Assembly (NCBI GenBank): GCA_046351255.1
Contig: JAXLYU010000014.1
Location: forward strand, 251,730 to 315,729
Direction of reading: 5' to 3'
Length of the DNA: 64,000 nt
From: Labilithrix sp.
GTDB lineage: Bacteria; Myxococcota_A; Polyangia; Polyangiales; Polyangiaceae
Within the stretch, counting starts at the first letter, position 1, and every line of letters starts with the position of its first letter. A program made the translations under genes and the position numbers. Positions 19,265-29,206 of this stretch are shown piece after piece. Below the pieces are notes generated by a model, which worked only from the letters and a program-made list of their open reading frames with translations, was not told the origin of the DNA and did no database searches.

Positions 19265-20386
19265 TTGCCCATGAAGATGTACTCGATTGGTGTCGGTTTA
19301 CTCGTAGCTCTGATCGTCGCCCCTGGCTGTGGGTCCGATCCCGAGCCCAAGACGAAGGTGCGAATCGGTCAGAATCCCTGGGCGGGGTGGGCAGCGATCG
19401 ACGTCGCGAAGGCGAAGGGCTTCTTCGACGAGGAGGGGCTCGACGTCGAAGTCGTTCACGTCACCACGGATCAAGAAGAGGCCACGTTGCTCCAGGGGGG
19501 ACGCATCGACATCGGCATCGGAATGATCGGTACGTGGATCGGCTACGCGAACGTCGGCGACACCGAGCCGCTCACGATCGTCGCCGAGACGGACTGGTCG
19601 TATGGAGGGGATCAGATCATCACCAAGCGCACCGTCGACACGACGAAGCTCGCCGGAAAGCCCATCGCGGTTTACCTCGAGCAGCCGAGCGTCTCGTTCT
19701 TCCTCCAGCAGTATCTGTCGGAGCTCCCGACCCCGCTCAAGCTCTCGGACATCAAGCTCGTCGAGCTCGAGGCGTCTGCGATCGCCGACGAGTTCGAGAA
19801 GGGGACGTACGAGGTCACGGTCAACTACGAGCCAGACTCCCTCCGGCAGCTATCGGCGACCGCGGGCGGAGCTCGCGTGAAGACGAGCCGCTCGTATCCG
19901 GGAGTCATCCCGGAGGGCTTCGCGGTCCGCACGTCCGCGCTCGGCAAGTCGCTCTCGCGCGACACCGTCACGAAGGCCCTCCGCGGTTGGCTCAAGGCGG
20001 TCGACTGGGCTTACGGCCCGAACGGCAATGGTCAGACGGCGGATCCGGCACACTACGAGGAGTTCAAGTCGATCCTGCGCAATCAGACGTTCGCAGAGAG
20101 CGGCACGCCCGCCGAGCTGACGGACGCCGAGATCGACGGCATCATCCGCGGCGTGCACGTCCACCCTCGCGCGCTCTGGACCAAGGTGAACGGACCTTCC
20201 ACGGGCGCGAAGGTCGGTCGCTTCGACGCGGCAGACAACGACGTCCCCCAGCCCCAGACGGACGGTCAGCCGCTGGCGGACTTCTTCGTGGAGATGAGGG
20301 ACTTCATGAATACGGACACGTCGACGCCCCTCGTCGAAGGGCGCATCACCATCGACACGTCGCTCGCCCTTGACGCTGCGAAGTGA
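19265..20386 (+). CDS. ABC-transporter substrate-binding lipoprotein (NMT1/THI5 / SsuA-TauA-like), orphan
   Basis: Lipobox VAPGCGS. NMT1-like fold features (GQNPWAGWAAIDVAKAKGFFDEEGLDVEV). No permease or ATPase is adjacent. Confidence 0.75.
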   Translation: MPMKMYSIGVGLLVALIVAPGCGSDPEPKTKVRIGQNPWAGWAAIDVAKAKGFFDEEGLDVEVVHVTTDQEEATLLQGGRIDIGIGMIGTWIGYANVGDTEPLTIVAETDWSYGGDQIITKRTVDTTKLAGKPIAVYLEQPSVSFFLQQYLSELPTPLKLSDIKLVELEASAIADEFEKGTYEVTVNYEPDSLRQLSATAGGARVKTSRSYPGVIPEGFAVRTSALGKSLSRDTVTKALRGWLKAVDWAYGPNGNGQTADPAHYEEFKSILRNQTFAESGTPAELTDAEIDGIIRGVHVHPRALWTKVNGPSTGAKVGRFDAADNDVPQPQTDGQPLADFFVEMRDFMNTDTSTPLVEGRITIDTSLALDAAK

Positions 20387-20398
20387 ACGATTCGGCCC

Positions 20399-21451
20399 TC
20401 ATCTCGAGAGCCAGCTCGTGACGTGATCCCATACGGACGTGTCGGTCAGGAGATCGATGTGCCCGCAGCTCGGCGCCACGTAGCGATGTGACTCCGGGAA
20501 TTCCAGGCCGTGGGTGCCGTGCTCACCGAGCGCGCTGGAGCGTGGAACGAGCGGGTCACGGTCGGCGGCGACCGCGTAACAAGCGACCTCGGGGGGGAGC
20601 GGGACGGGAGTCCGGGCATCGCTCGCGAGCTCGAAGCGGTCGCGATCTTGCCAGTCCTCGTCGACGACGTTGCCAAAACGAAGATCGGTGACCCCCGCGC
20701 TTCGCAAGCGGCCGAGGCCCGCGATCGGGGCGCTGTAGCGGGTCACGCCGAGCAGCGTCTCGAGCCAGTTGCCGACCCGCTCGAGCGGGGCGCCGTGATG
20801 CGGAGTTCCGAGGAACACGATCGTGCGGAGCTTGCTCCGCCAGAGCGCGTCCGCGCCGGCGTAGTGGCACGCGCTCCGCGTGACGAGCCCGCCCATGCTG
20901 TGCGCGACGATGGAGACCTCCTCCACCGGCACGGGCCAGTCGGCGACGAGCTTCTCCAGCATCGCAGAGAGCCGGCGCCCATTCACCGAGACGTGGAGTC
21001 CCGAGTTGTAGTCGAAATGAACGCGCGTGAACCCGTCGGCACGGGCGCTCTGCCAGGACCGCGCATTCATCGAGGAGCCGTGTACGAGGACCAGGATCTT
21101 CCCCGTCGCGGGAGCCTCGTCGGCGCGTTGCAGGCGCTCCGCGATCGCGAGTGGATTTCCGGTCGCGGCGAGATGATCGCCGAGCACGCCATTGAGCGCG
21201 GCCAGGAACAGCTCTCGCTCTGGTCCCTCGGCGAGCTCGCCGAGCACGGGCGTCGCCAGCGAGAGGCCGGCCTCGAGCGCGCCGCCGACGAGCGACGTGA
21301 TCCCGCGAATGCTCGCGTATACGGGGGCGCTGAAGAGCCGCGCCGGCGCGCCCCCGATCGCGCCATGCGTGGCCTGCACGACGTCCGTGACTCCCTTGGT
21401 CGCGGTGACCGCGAGCCGCACCATTCCTCGGAGCCCATCGCCGCGCTTCAT
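20399..21451 (-). CDS. Alpha/beta hydrolase (lipase/esterase-like, PGAP1/DUF676-type)
   Basis: GxSxG nucleophile elbow VAHSMGGL. LVHG... oxyanion region. The start at MKRGDGL overlaps the upstream stop (ATGA). Confidence 0.75.
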   Translation of the reverse strand: MKRGDGLRGMVRLAVTATKGVTDVVQATHGAIGGAPARLFSAPVYASIRGITSLVGGALEAGLSLATPVLGELAEGPERELFLAALNGVLGDHLAATGNPLAIAERLQRADEAPATGKILVLVHGSSMNARSWQSARADGFTRVHFDYNSGLHVSVNGRRLSAMLEKLVADWPVPVEEVSIVAHSMGGLVTRSACHYAGADALWRSKLRTIVFLGTPHHGAPLERVGNWLETLLGVTRYSAPIAGLGRLRSAGVTDLRFGNVVDEDWQDRDRFELASDARTPVPLPPEVACYAVAADRDPLVPRSSALGEHGTHGLEFPESHRYVAPSCGHIDLLTDTSVWDHVTSWLSR

Positions 21452-22362
21452 CAGGGGGTGAGCGCCGAGAGGTAGCTCGTGACGAGGGCCCGCCCGCTCG
21501 TGAAGTCGGTGTAGTCGTTCTTCAGGTCGTACATGCGAGGATTGTGCGGCCGCGTATTGATGAGTGCATCGTGCATGCACCAGAGGCCGCCGTTGACGGA
21601 GCGGTCGCAGCCGCTGCGGTCGGCGATGACCTGGAAGCCGCCGCCGAGCGAGGCGTAGCTCGCGCCGAGGGATTTCATCCCGCCGGCGTTGTGCGACTCG
21701 AGACGGATGACGCGGTCGTAGGCCCAGACGAAATACGCATGGGCGAAGCGGCGCACGAACGCGGAGTCGCCGGGGCCGCCGCCGTCGAGATCGAAATACG
21801 AGATCTTCGACGGCGTGGCGGCGGGGAGGCCGCCGGTGCCGATCTTCACGTAGCGAAAGAGCTCGTCCGCGACGTATGTCCCGCTCGAGTGGGCGATGAC
21901 CGCGATCGAAGACGCGGCCGCCGCGATGCCGTTCGCGCCGAGGTGGGCGGCGAGCCGGCTATTTTCGATCTCGTGATTCTGATATCCCGATTGATTCGGG
22001 CCCTTCACCGCGTAGAGATGCCCGAGGCCGAGCGCGGCGCCCTTCACGCGATAGAGCTCGTTGCACCAGCGCTCGACCCACTCGAGCTGCGCGGTGTAGC
22101 CGCCGTAGATGATGACGACGTTCGAACCCGCGCCGATGCGCTTGTACGCGACGCCCGCGCCCACGCTCGTCCACGGGGCGTTCGCCACCGCGTCATCGGC
22201 CTCCTCGACGAGCGGCGTGTCTGCCTCTTGCGGCTCGGGCTCCGGGATCTCGAAGGCTGCGCTCGCCGTCGCGCTCGACGTCGCCGCCTCGTCTTCCTCG
22301 GCGGGCGCCATGCAGGCCGCGAGGAAGAGCGCACCGGCGAGGGTGAGCGACCGCCGTTTCAT
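21451..22362 (-). CDS. Secreted lipase-like hydrolase
   Basis: Signal peptide MKRRSLTLAGALFLAACMA. Nucleophile-elbow-like IAHSSGTYV. Acidic pro-region. Confidence 0.6.
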   Translation of the reverse strand: MKRRSLTLAGALFLAACMAPAEEDEAATSSATASAAFEIPEPEPQEADTPLVEEADDAVANAPWTSVGAGVAYKRIGAGSNVVIIYGGYTAQLEWVERWCNELYRVKGAALGLGHLYAVKGPNQSGYQNHEIENSRLAAHLGANGIAAAASSIAVIAHSSGTYVADELFRYVKIGTGGLPAATPSKISYFDLDGGGPGDSAFVRRFAHAYFVWAYDRVIRLESHNAGGMKSLGASYASLGGGFQVIADRSGCDRSVNGGLWCMHDALINTRPHNPRMYDLKNDYTDFTSGRALVTSYLSALTP

Positions 22363-22440
22363 CGCGCGGGAGTCTCGGCGGCGCGTCCGACGGCCGCAAG
22401 ATGATCCGATCGAGCATGCGCGTCTCACGCGCATCTCGCC

Positions 22441-23385
22441 TCAGGAGGGCGGATCGTCCTTGCGGTCGAGGAAGGCCTGCAGCGCGTCGACGAAGGTGCC
22501 CGGGCGCTCGCGGTGCGGGTAATGACCACAACGCGCGAAGCACGCGAGCGTCGCGCCGGGGATGGTGCGCTCGGCTTCGATGCCGTGCTCGATCGGGATG
22601 ATCGGGTCCGAGTCGCCCCAGAAGAGGCCGATGGGCGGGATCTCGGGGATCTCGTGCGCGTGCTGGTGGAAGCCGCGGCGCTGGCCCTTGAGATCGATGA
22701 CGTCCCGCACGGTGCGGGCGAACGCGCGCGCGGTGCCGAGGCGGCCGTTCTGCAGCGAGAGCTTCACGAGCTCGCGCGTCGAGTACACGCCGCGGATGGC
22801 GGTCTGCAGGGCCACGAACGTGCCCGTCGCCATGAAGGGCTGGCCGAGACGCTCCACCAAGAACGGCGTCGACGCGAGGCGAAGCGCCATCGTGACCTCG
22901 CGGCCGAGACCGCCCGCCGAGACGAGGCCGACCTTGCGCACGCGATGCCACGGGTAGAGCAGCATCCACTGCGCGACGCCACCGCCATAGGAGTGACCCA
23001 CCACGTCGACCTGCGGGACACGCAGCTCCTCGAGCCAGCGCGCGATGGTGCGCGCGTGGAAGTCGAGCGAGTAGTCGACATCGGGGCGGCTCGACAGACC
23101 GTGGCCGCAGAGATCCGGCACGAGGACGCGGCGGCTCCGCGCGAGCGACGGGAGGATCTTCGACCACGTGAGGTGCGAGTCGCCGAGGCCATGCAGGAGG
23201 ACGAGCGGCGTGCCCGGACCATCGCCCGCTTCGACCCAGTGCACCTTCACGCCGTTGGCGCGAACCGTTCGTCCGGTCGGGGAGAGGAGACGGGTCAGCA
23301 CGGGGAGCTGGGTCCCATACGCGCGATCGGCGAGCGCGTAAATCGTGGATGTTCCTGGTGGAAGGGAGCGTAAAACCCCATCCAC
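22441..23385 (-). CDS. Alpha/beta-fold hydrolase (epoxide hydrolase / haloalkane dehalogenase-like)
   Basis: LVLLHGLGDS (HGxG region). Nucleophile elbow VGHSYGGGVA. C-terminal ...GHYPHRE... catalytic His region. Confidence 0.8.
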   Translation of the reverse strand: MDGVLRSLPPGTSTIYALADRAYGTQLPVLTRLLSPTGRTVRANGVKVHWVEAGDGPGTPLVLLHGLGDSHLTWSKILPSLARSRRVLVPDLCGHGLSSRPDVDYSLDFHARTIARWLEELRVPQVDVVGHSYGGGVAQWMLLYPWHRVRKVGLVSAGGLGREVTMALRLASTPFLVERLGQPFMATGTFVALQTAIRGVYSTRELVKLSLQNGRLGTARAFARTVRDVIDLKGQRRGFHQHAHEIPEIPPIGLFWGDSDPIIPIEHGIEAERTIPGATLACFARCGHYPHRERPGTFVDALQAFLDRKDDPPS

Positions 23386-23743
23386 CGCCGCTGCAGTGCG
23401 CTACGGAATACGCACCAAAATGGCTCGTATTTTCGTGACTGGCTCGGCCGACGGGGAGCGAAGAGCGCGCCGCGGCGACCCGCCGTCGTCTCCCGCGCGC
23501 CGAGCACGTGGTCGTGGGCGACGTCGCGAGCGTCGCGATCATGCACGACGTCGCCATCGGGCAGGACCCGCTGATCGCGCTCTGCGCGGAGCTTTCGGGG
23601 CTCCCGCTCTCTCCCTAGTTGCCATATCGAAGATTCCTTCGGGTTCAGCGAACTGCGGCCTGGAAGAGCTTCCGGCCATCGCACTTCGGACATACCCTGG
23701 AGGTCTTCATGGACCCCAGCGTATCCGAGCGGGTGAGCGAGAG

Positions 23744-24355
23744 ATGAAGCGGTATGTCGCCGTCGCCGGCACCATCGGGTCGGGCAAGAGCTCGCTCGTC
23801 GGGTGGCTCGTCAAGCGCTACGGCCTCACGCCTTACTACGAGCCCAACGACGAGAATCCATACCTCGCCGACTTCTATGCCGACATGAAGGCGTGGGCCT
23901 TCCACTCGCAGCTCTTCTTCCTCTCGCACAAGCTCACGCTGCATCAGGAGCTGCTCGCGAGCTCGAAGCCCGCCGTCATCGATCGCACCATCTACGAGGA
24001 CGCCGAGATCTTCGCGCGCAACGCGCGGAGCCAGCGGTACATCTCCGCGCGCGACTGGAGGGTGTACGAGCGCCTCTACGAGGGCATCAAGAAGACGCTC
24101 CCGCCGCCCGACGTGCTCATCGCCGTCACGTGCAGCCTCCCGGCCACCCGGAAGCGCATCGCGCGTCGCGGTCGTGACATGGAACAGGCGATCCCGGCCG
24201 CGTATCTCCGCCGGCTCCACAGGCTCTACGAGGAGTGGTTCGCCAGCTACGACCTCGGACCGATCGTCCGGATCGACACGACGAATCTGGATTACGTCGA
24301 GAACCTCATCGATCTCATCGAATTGCAACGCACCCTCGACAAGGTCCTCGCGTAG
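23744..24355 (+). CDS. Deoxynucleoside kinase (dNK/dCK/dGK family)
   Basis: P-loop AGTIGSGKSS. ERS-like ...DRTIYED... and LID region RIARRGRDMEQ, typical of the dNK family. ATG at 23744 preceded by a gagcgagag RBS-like stretch. Confidence 0.8.
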   Translation: MKRYVAVAGTIGSGKSSLVGWLVKRYGLTPYYEPNDENPYLADFYADMKAWAFHSQLFFLSHKLTLHQELLASSKPAVIDRTIYEDAEIFARNARSQRYISARDWRVYERLYEGIKKTLPPPDVLIAVTCSLPATRKRIARRGRDMEQAIPAAYLRRLHRLYEEWFASYDLGPIVRIDTTNLDYVENLIDLIELQRTLDKVLA

Positions 24356-24367
24356 TACGATCCGAGC

Positions 24368-26710
24368 ATGCGCGGATGGCCCGTGTGCGTGCTCTCGATC
24401 TTGATGGCCTTCGCCGCCTGCGGCGACGACGACAGCGGCGGCTCGAATGGCTCGAGCGGCGGCCCCAACGCCGACGGCGGACCTGGCGGTAGCAGCGGAG
24501 GCACGCCCGGCCCGCAGTGCACCGACTGCACGCCGGCGGGAGCGATGACGTTCAAGCTGCCGTCGCCCGCCGGAGCCACGCTGTGGACGACCCCGACGAT
24601 GGAGAAGGTCGTCCGCGAGGCCGCGCCGCCCACCGACCCCGGGGACGCGATCCAGATCTACGCCGCGAAGAACGAGCTCGAGCCCTTTCAGCTCGTCGTG
24701 CACGCGGACGCCGACTCGAGCGTGACCCTCGCGATGCCCGCGTTCGGAGGTCCGGGGAGCATTCCGCGCCTCGAGATGAAGCGCGTGGAGTACGTCACCA
24801 TCGCGAAGCCCTCCGACGCGAGCTCGATCCCGAGCGGACAGATCCCGGATCCGCTCTGGCCGAGCGCCTTTGGAAAATCCGAGCCGGTGAAGGGCGGTCA
24901 GAACCAGCCGTTCTGGGTCACCGTCTACGTTCCCCGGGATGCAAAGGCGGGCGATTACACGACCACGCTCACGGTCACGGTGGGCGGCACGGCGCAGGAT
25001 ATCCCAGTCAAGCTCCACGTCTTCGATTTCGCATTGCCGGACAAGATCGGATTCGACTCGAACTGGAACCTGAGCTTCGAGGCGCTGGGCGGCTCCGCGA
25101 GCCTCGACGCCGTGCAAAAGCTGAAGACGTGGCTCTTCGAGCACCGCCTCGTCCCGGGGAGCGTCGCGTGGCCCGCGGGCCTCAATTACACCGGCGGGAT
25201 CGAGTACGACTGCGCGACCGGGAAATTCAAGTCCAAGGCCAACGACTACGACTTCTCGCGACTCGGTCCGAAGTACATCGATGGGACGGGCTGGAACGGC
25301 GTCGGCTATCCGTCCTTCCAGGTCATGCAGTTCGTGAACAACTCGACCCCGCGGCCCGCGAATTTCTGCGGCGTGGATCGCGGACCGGACCACTTCGGAA
25401 CTGCGGCGTACAACGCGGAGTGGTCGAAGCTCCTCGCCGCGATCGACGCGGAGGTGGTCGCGCACCACTGGGAGGACAAGGCCTATTACTACGTCCAGAA
25501 CGAGCCGCAGGGCCCGCCCGATTACGATGTGGCGGCCGCGCTCGCCGCGCTGACGAAGAAGGCGGCGCCCCACCTGCGTATCGCGATCAGCGAGGAGCCG
25601 AAGAAGGAGATCGTCGAGAACGCGAAGGCGGAAGGGAAGAGCTACGACCTGTGGTGGGCGGACCTCTCCGCGTTCGACCCAGCGTACGCGAAGACGCGCC
25701 AGGCGGCGGGCGAGTCGGTGTGGTGGTATTTCCTTTACGGAGATCGGCCTCCGCATTTCAATCCGATCACGATCGACCACTCCGGCGTCGAGTCGCGCGC
25801 GGCTTACTTCGCGGCTTACAAATATCGCATCAAGGGCTTTGCCTATTACTCCGTCACCCAGTGGGGCGACGACCCGTACACGAACCCGCGCCCCCAGGGC
25901 ACCGACCAGAACGGCGACGGGTTTCTCCTCTATCCACCGCGGGACGGCGAGATCGTCTCGAGCATTCGCTGGGAGCTCCTCCGCGAGGGCGAAGAGGACT
26001 TCGAATATCTCCTCCTCCTCGCGGGCGGCAGCCTCCCGAAGACGCCGGACGACGCGGCCGGCTGCGACGCGAGCGCGACGAGCGTGGCCTCGTCCACGAC
26101 GAGCTTCACCCGCGACGCGAGCGCGCTCCAGCACCTTCGCGATCAGCTCGGCCTCCGCCTCGAAGGAAAGGTGAACGGCTGCCCCACGCTGACCAGCACG
26201 GGCCCGGGCGCGCATCCGAAGGGTGAGGTGTACATCAATTTCCAGGACCCGAAGGGCGAGCCGAAGGCGGAGCCGCTCGTCGTCAGCGGTCACACCTGGC
26301 AGAAGATCGGCTGGGACGCGTACGACGCGAAGAAGGGCTACGGCTGGGCGGGGCCGTTCATCGGTCAGCCCGAGATCATGAAGTACCAGTACGTCTCGGA
26401 CGCGCCGGTCGACGAGCTCCAGAAGAGCATCATCTTCGACGACTACGGACGCACCGACACGTTCAACTACGACATCGAGAGCGGCAAGTACGACGTCACG
26501 GTGTCGATCGGCTGGGCGGGCAAGACGTACTCCAAGAACCGCATCGTCGTCGAAGGCAACCTCGTCTTCGACAACGTCGAGACCAACCCGGCCACGCCGT
26601 ACGTCGTGAAGACGATCACGGTCGACGTGACCGACGGCAACGTCACCCTCGAGGCCGGACAGAAGGACGAGTACACGATGCTCAACTGGATGAGCATCGT
26701 CCCGAAGTAG
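24368..26710 (+). CDS. Secreted lipoprotein, putative glycoside hydrolase (DUF4091/GH123-like)
   Basis: Lipobox AFAACGDD. 780 aa with W/Y-rich TIM-barrel-like central region (WWADLSAFDP, FLLYPPRDG). The family assignment is from memory, not a search. Confidence 0.55.
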   Translation: MRGWPVCVLSILMAFAACGDDDSGGSNGSSGGPNADGGPGGSSGGTPGPQCTDCTPAGAMTFKLPSPAGATLWTTPTMEKVVREAAPPTDPGDAIQIYAAKNELEPFQLVVHADADSSVTLAMPAFGGPGSIPRLEMKRVEYVTIAKPSDASSIPSGQIPDPLWPSAFGKSEPVKGGQNQPFWVTVYVPRDAKAGDYTTTLTVTVGGTAQDIPVKLHVFDFALPDKIGFDSNWNLSFEALGGSASLDAVQKLKTWLFEHRLVPGSVAWPAGLNYTGGIEYDCATGKFKSKANDYDFSRLGPKYIDGTGWNGVGYPSFQVMQFVNNSTPRPANFCGVDRGPDHFGTAAYNAEWSKLLAAIDAEVVAHHWEDKAYYYVQNEPQGPPDYDVAAALAALTKKAAPHLRIAISEEPKKEIVENAKAEGKSYDLWWADLSAFDPAYAKTRQAAGESVWWYFLYGDRPPHFNPITIDHSGVESRAAYFAAYKYRIKGFAYYSVTQWGDDPYTNPRPQGTDQNGDGFLLYPPRDGEIVSSIRWELLREGEEDFEYLLLLAGGSLPKTPDDAAGCDASATSVASSTTSFTRDASALQHLRDQLGLRLEGKVNGCPTLTSTGPGAHPKGEVYINFQDPKGEPKAEPLVVSGHTWQKIGWDAYDAKKGYGWAGPFIGQPEIMKYQYVSDAPVDELQKSIIFDDYGRTDTFNYDIESGKYDVTVSIGWAGKTYSKNRIVVEGNLVFDNVETNPATPYVVKTITVDVTDGNVTLEAGQKDEYTMLNWMSIVPK

Positions 26711-26808
26711 CGCGGTCGTCGCGCTCAAGTACGCGTCTTCATTGCGCCGGAGCGGGGCCGCGAGAATGTTCGCAACCGGTGGACGGCGCGGGCCGACGGA
26801 GGGGCATC

Positions 26809-28089
26809 ATGCGTTTCCACGTCGCCGTCGCCGCTTCGCTCCTCGCTCTCACCGGCTGCTCGTTTCGGCCCGCCGCCAGCGCCGTCGCCTCCTCCCCCGA
26901 ATGGGGCCCAGGGACGACCGACGTTCGCCGCGCGACCGCGCTCGTTCGCGTGAGCCCGCCCGCTCGCCTCAAGGCCGCCTTCGAGACCACCGCCGCGCGG
27001 AGCGACGATCCGGACTTCTCCGACTTCCTCCGCATGCACGCGGGCGGCGGCTTCGGCAGTGGCTTCCTCGTGACGCACACGAGCGCGGAGGGGACCGCCG
27101 CCTTCGTCGTCACGAACCGTCACGTGGTCGCGGAGTCGACGGAGGCCGAGGTCTCCTTCTCGGACGGCACGACGTACAAGAGCTGCGACGTCATCTACGC
27201 GAGCACGAAGCACGATCTCGCCGTCCTCGCGCTGCCGGAGTCCGCGCTCCGCGCCCTCGGCGCCGGGCTTCGTCCCGCGGCAGAGGACGCCACCGATCGC
27301 CTCCCCATCGTCGCCACCGGATATCCGGGGATCGGCGGCAAACCGAGCTATCAGGTCACGGACGGCAAGGTGTCGAATGCCAGGTTCGCGATGCCCGAGC
27401 TCGGCCTGGAGGGCTCCTTCATCCAGCACACCGCCGCCATCGATCCGGGGTCGAGCGGCGGTCCGCTCACCAGCGAGAGCGGCGCGCTCGTCGGCGTGAA
27501 CACGATGCTCATTCGCCAGCGCTCCTCGATGTTCTTCGCGGTGCCCTCCTCCGCCGTCGTCGACACGGTCCGCTACGCCCACGCGCTCGACGCGCACAAG
27601 CGCTCGGCCCAGTGGATGACGGCCGAGCTCGACAAGGCATGCACGACGCTCTCCTCCGAGCTCGCCGCCACCACGAAGTCGGGGGAGCGCCTCACCTCCT
27701 TCGTCTCGAACGTGGCGGTCGCGGACCGCGGCCTCGAGAGCTTCGTGCAGCTCGCGCGCACGCCGATCGGCGCCGATATCCGGATGCACTTTTATCAGGA
27801 CCCCATGTCCGCCATGCGCCGCAGCGTCCTCATTCGCCTCGGCGCCCGCTCCTCCGCCGCTGGCGGCGCGAACGGCAGCTGCGCGAGCCTGAGCCCGGGC
27901 GACGCGGCGGCGATCGCGGAAGGCAAGCCGGTGCGCCGCGCGGTCATGACCAACAGCGGTCACGCCATGGAGCTCACGTGGACCTTCGAGCATGGCGCCT
28001 GGCGCGTCGCGAACGGAGAGATGATCGAGATCGCCGCGGAGCCGCCCCCCGCGAAGACCGCGAAGACCGCGAAGAGGGCGGGGAAGTGA
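26809..28089 (+). CDS. Trypsin-like serine protease lipoprotein (S1C/DegP-like core, no obvious PDZ domain)
   Basis: Lipobox LTGCS. Catalytic triad context TNRHVV (His), HDLAVL (Asp), GSSGGPL (Ser). Confidence 0.8.
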   Translation: MRFHVAVAASLLALTGCSFRPAASAVASSPEWGPGTTDVRRATALVRVSPPARLKAAFETTAARSDDPDFSDFLRMHAGGGFGSGFLVTHTSAEGTAAFVVTNRHVVAESTEAEVSFSDGTTYKSCDVIYASTKHDLAVLALPESALRALGAGLRPAAEDATDRLPIVATGYPGIGGKPSYQVTDGKVSNARFAMPELGLEGSFIQHTAAIDPGSSGGPLTSESGALVGVNTMLIRQRSSMFFAVPSSAVVDTVRYAHALDAHKRSAQWMTAELDKACTTLSSELAATTKSGERLTSFVSNVAVADRGLESFVQLARTPIGADIRMHFYQDPMSAMRRSVLIRLGARSSAAGGANGSCASLSPGDAAAIAEGKPVRRAVMTNSGHAMELTWTFEHGAWRVANGEMIEIAAEPPPAKTAKTAKRAGK

Positions 28090-28538
28090 TGTACCTCCTC
28101 AGCGCCGCCGCCGTGCTCCTCGCCGCCGTGCTCGCGCCGCGCCCGGCGCGCCCCGTCCCCCTCCGTCACCCGTCGCGCGCGGAGGTCGTCGCGGCCCGCG
28201 AGCTCGCCGTCGAGCCCGCGCCGAGCACCGTCGCGAAGGCGAGCTCCGCACCTCCGCCCGTTCGCGTCGAGGCACCGAAGCCGGCCGCCGAGACACCGGA
28301 CTTCCGCGCCGTCGTCGCGGTGCAGCTCGAGAGCCTCCCCATCTGCCGGCGCGCCGGCGGTCCCGAAGGGCCCGGCCTCGCCGAGGTCACGTACCGGCCC
28401 GACGGCACGGCGAGCATCTCGCTCTCGCGCAACTACGCGGGCTCGTCGGTCGGCGCGTGCGTCGCGCGGCGCTTCGGCAATGCGGCTCGCCCGTTCGACG
28501 GGGAGCCCGTCACGATCAAGTTTCGCTTCGCCGTATGA
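28089..28538 (+). CDS. Small secreted hypothetical protein translationally coupled to the protease (TGATG overlap)
   Basis: Signal-like MYLLSAAAVLLAAVLA. 149 aa. Its start overlaps the upstream stop. Confidence 0.5.
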   Translation: MYLLSAAAVLLAAVLAPRPARPVPLRHPSRAEVVAARELAVEPAPSTVAKASSAPPPVRVEAPKPAAETPDFRAVVAVQLESLPICRRAGGPEGPGLAEVTYRPDGTASISLSRNYAGSSVGACVARRFGNAARPFDGEPVTIKFRFAV

Positions 28539-28747
28539 CCCTCCGAGCGCTCGGCTCGGTCTCCCGGCAACGTCGCTTTAGCGCTGATCCCGCGCCGCGC
28601 CACCAGAAACGAATTATTTCGTGCCAGTCCTCTATGAGGACTCGAGTTAGCGGTGATCTGAGGGCAGCTGGGTGAGGTGCGTTCGAGCTTTCGCGGTCTT
28701 GCGGCAGCGGTCAGGGTGGTCCGCTGATTGCTCATGCCGCAGCGCCG

Positions 28748-29185
28748 ATGCTGAAACGTCATGCCGCTCTCTTCGCCGTGATGGCCGCCGTGACGCTGGC
28801 GTCCAACACAGGCATCGCTGCTCCGAATGAGGAGAAGGGCACGATCACGGTGTCGACCGTCGCCGAGCCGCCCGCCGAGGCGGGCATCGATCGCCCGACC
28901 CTCCGCGAGGCGACGGAAGAGGCCGCGCGCGGCGTCGACACGAAGGACCTCCATCGCTCGATCTCGGTCGCGCTCTCGCTCATCCAGACGAGCAACGACC
29001 CGACCCCGTCGTGCGTCATCAACCTCGCCGTGCACGACAAGAAGAAGGGCATCATCCTCGGCACCGCGACCGGCTCAGCGCAGGCCTCGGCCTCCGCGAA
29101 GGGCGACCAGCGCGAGCGCATCGCCCGTCTCGCCCTCTCGAATGCGATGAGCCGCGTGCCCGACGTCGTCGTCGCCGCCAAGTAA
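28748..29185 (+). CDS. Hypothetical secreted protein
   Basis: Signal peptide MLKRHAALFAVMAAVTLASNTGIAA. 145 aa. Confidence 0.45.
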   Translation: MLKRHAALFAVMAAVTLASNTGIAAPNEEKGTITVSTVAEPPAEAGIDRPTLREATEEAARGVDTKDLHRSISVALSLIQTSNDPTPSCVINLAVHDKKKGIILGTATGSAQASASAKGDQRERIARLALSNAMSRVPDVVVAAK

Positions 29186-29206
29186 GGAATTCGCCGAGGA
29201 AGAGCT

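Noticed and set aside
23645-26728. 1027-aa minus-strand ORF antisense to the deoxynucleoside kinase and DUF4091 genes
   Set aside because: Low-complexity R/A/V-rich product. The opposite strand encodes proteins with clear family signatures. Classic high-GC antisense ORF.
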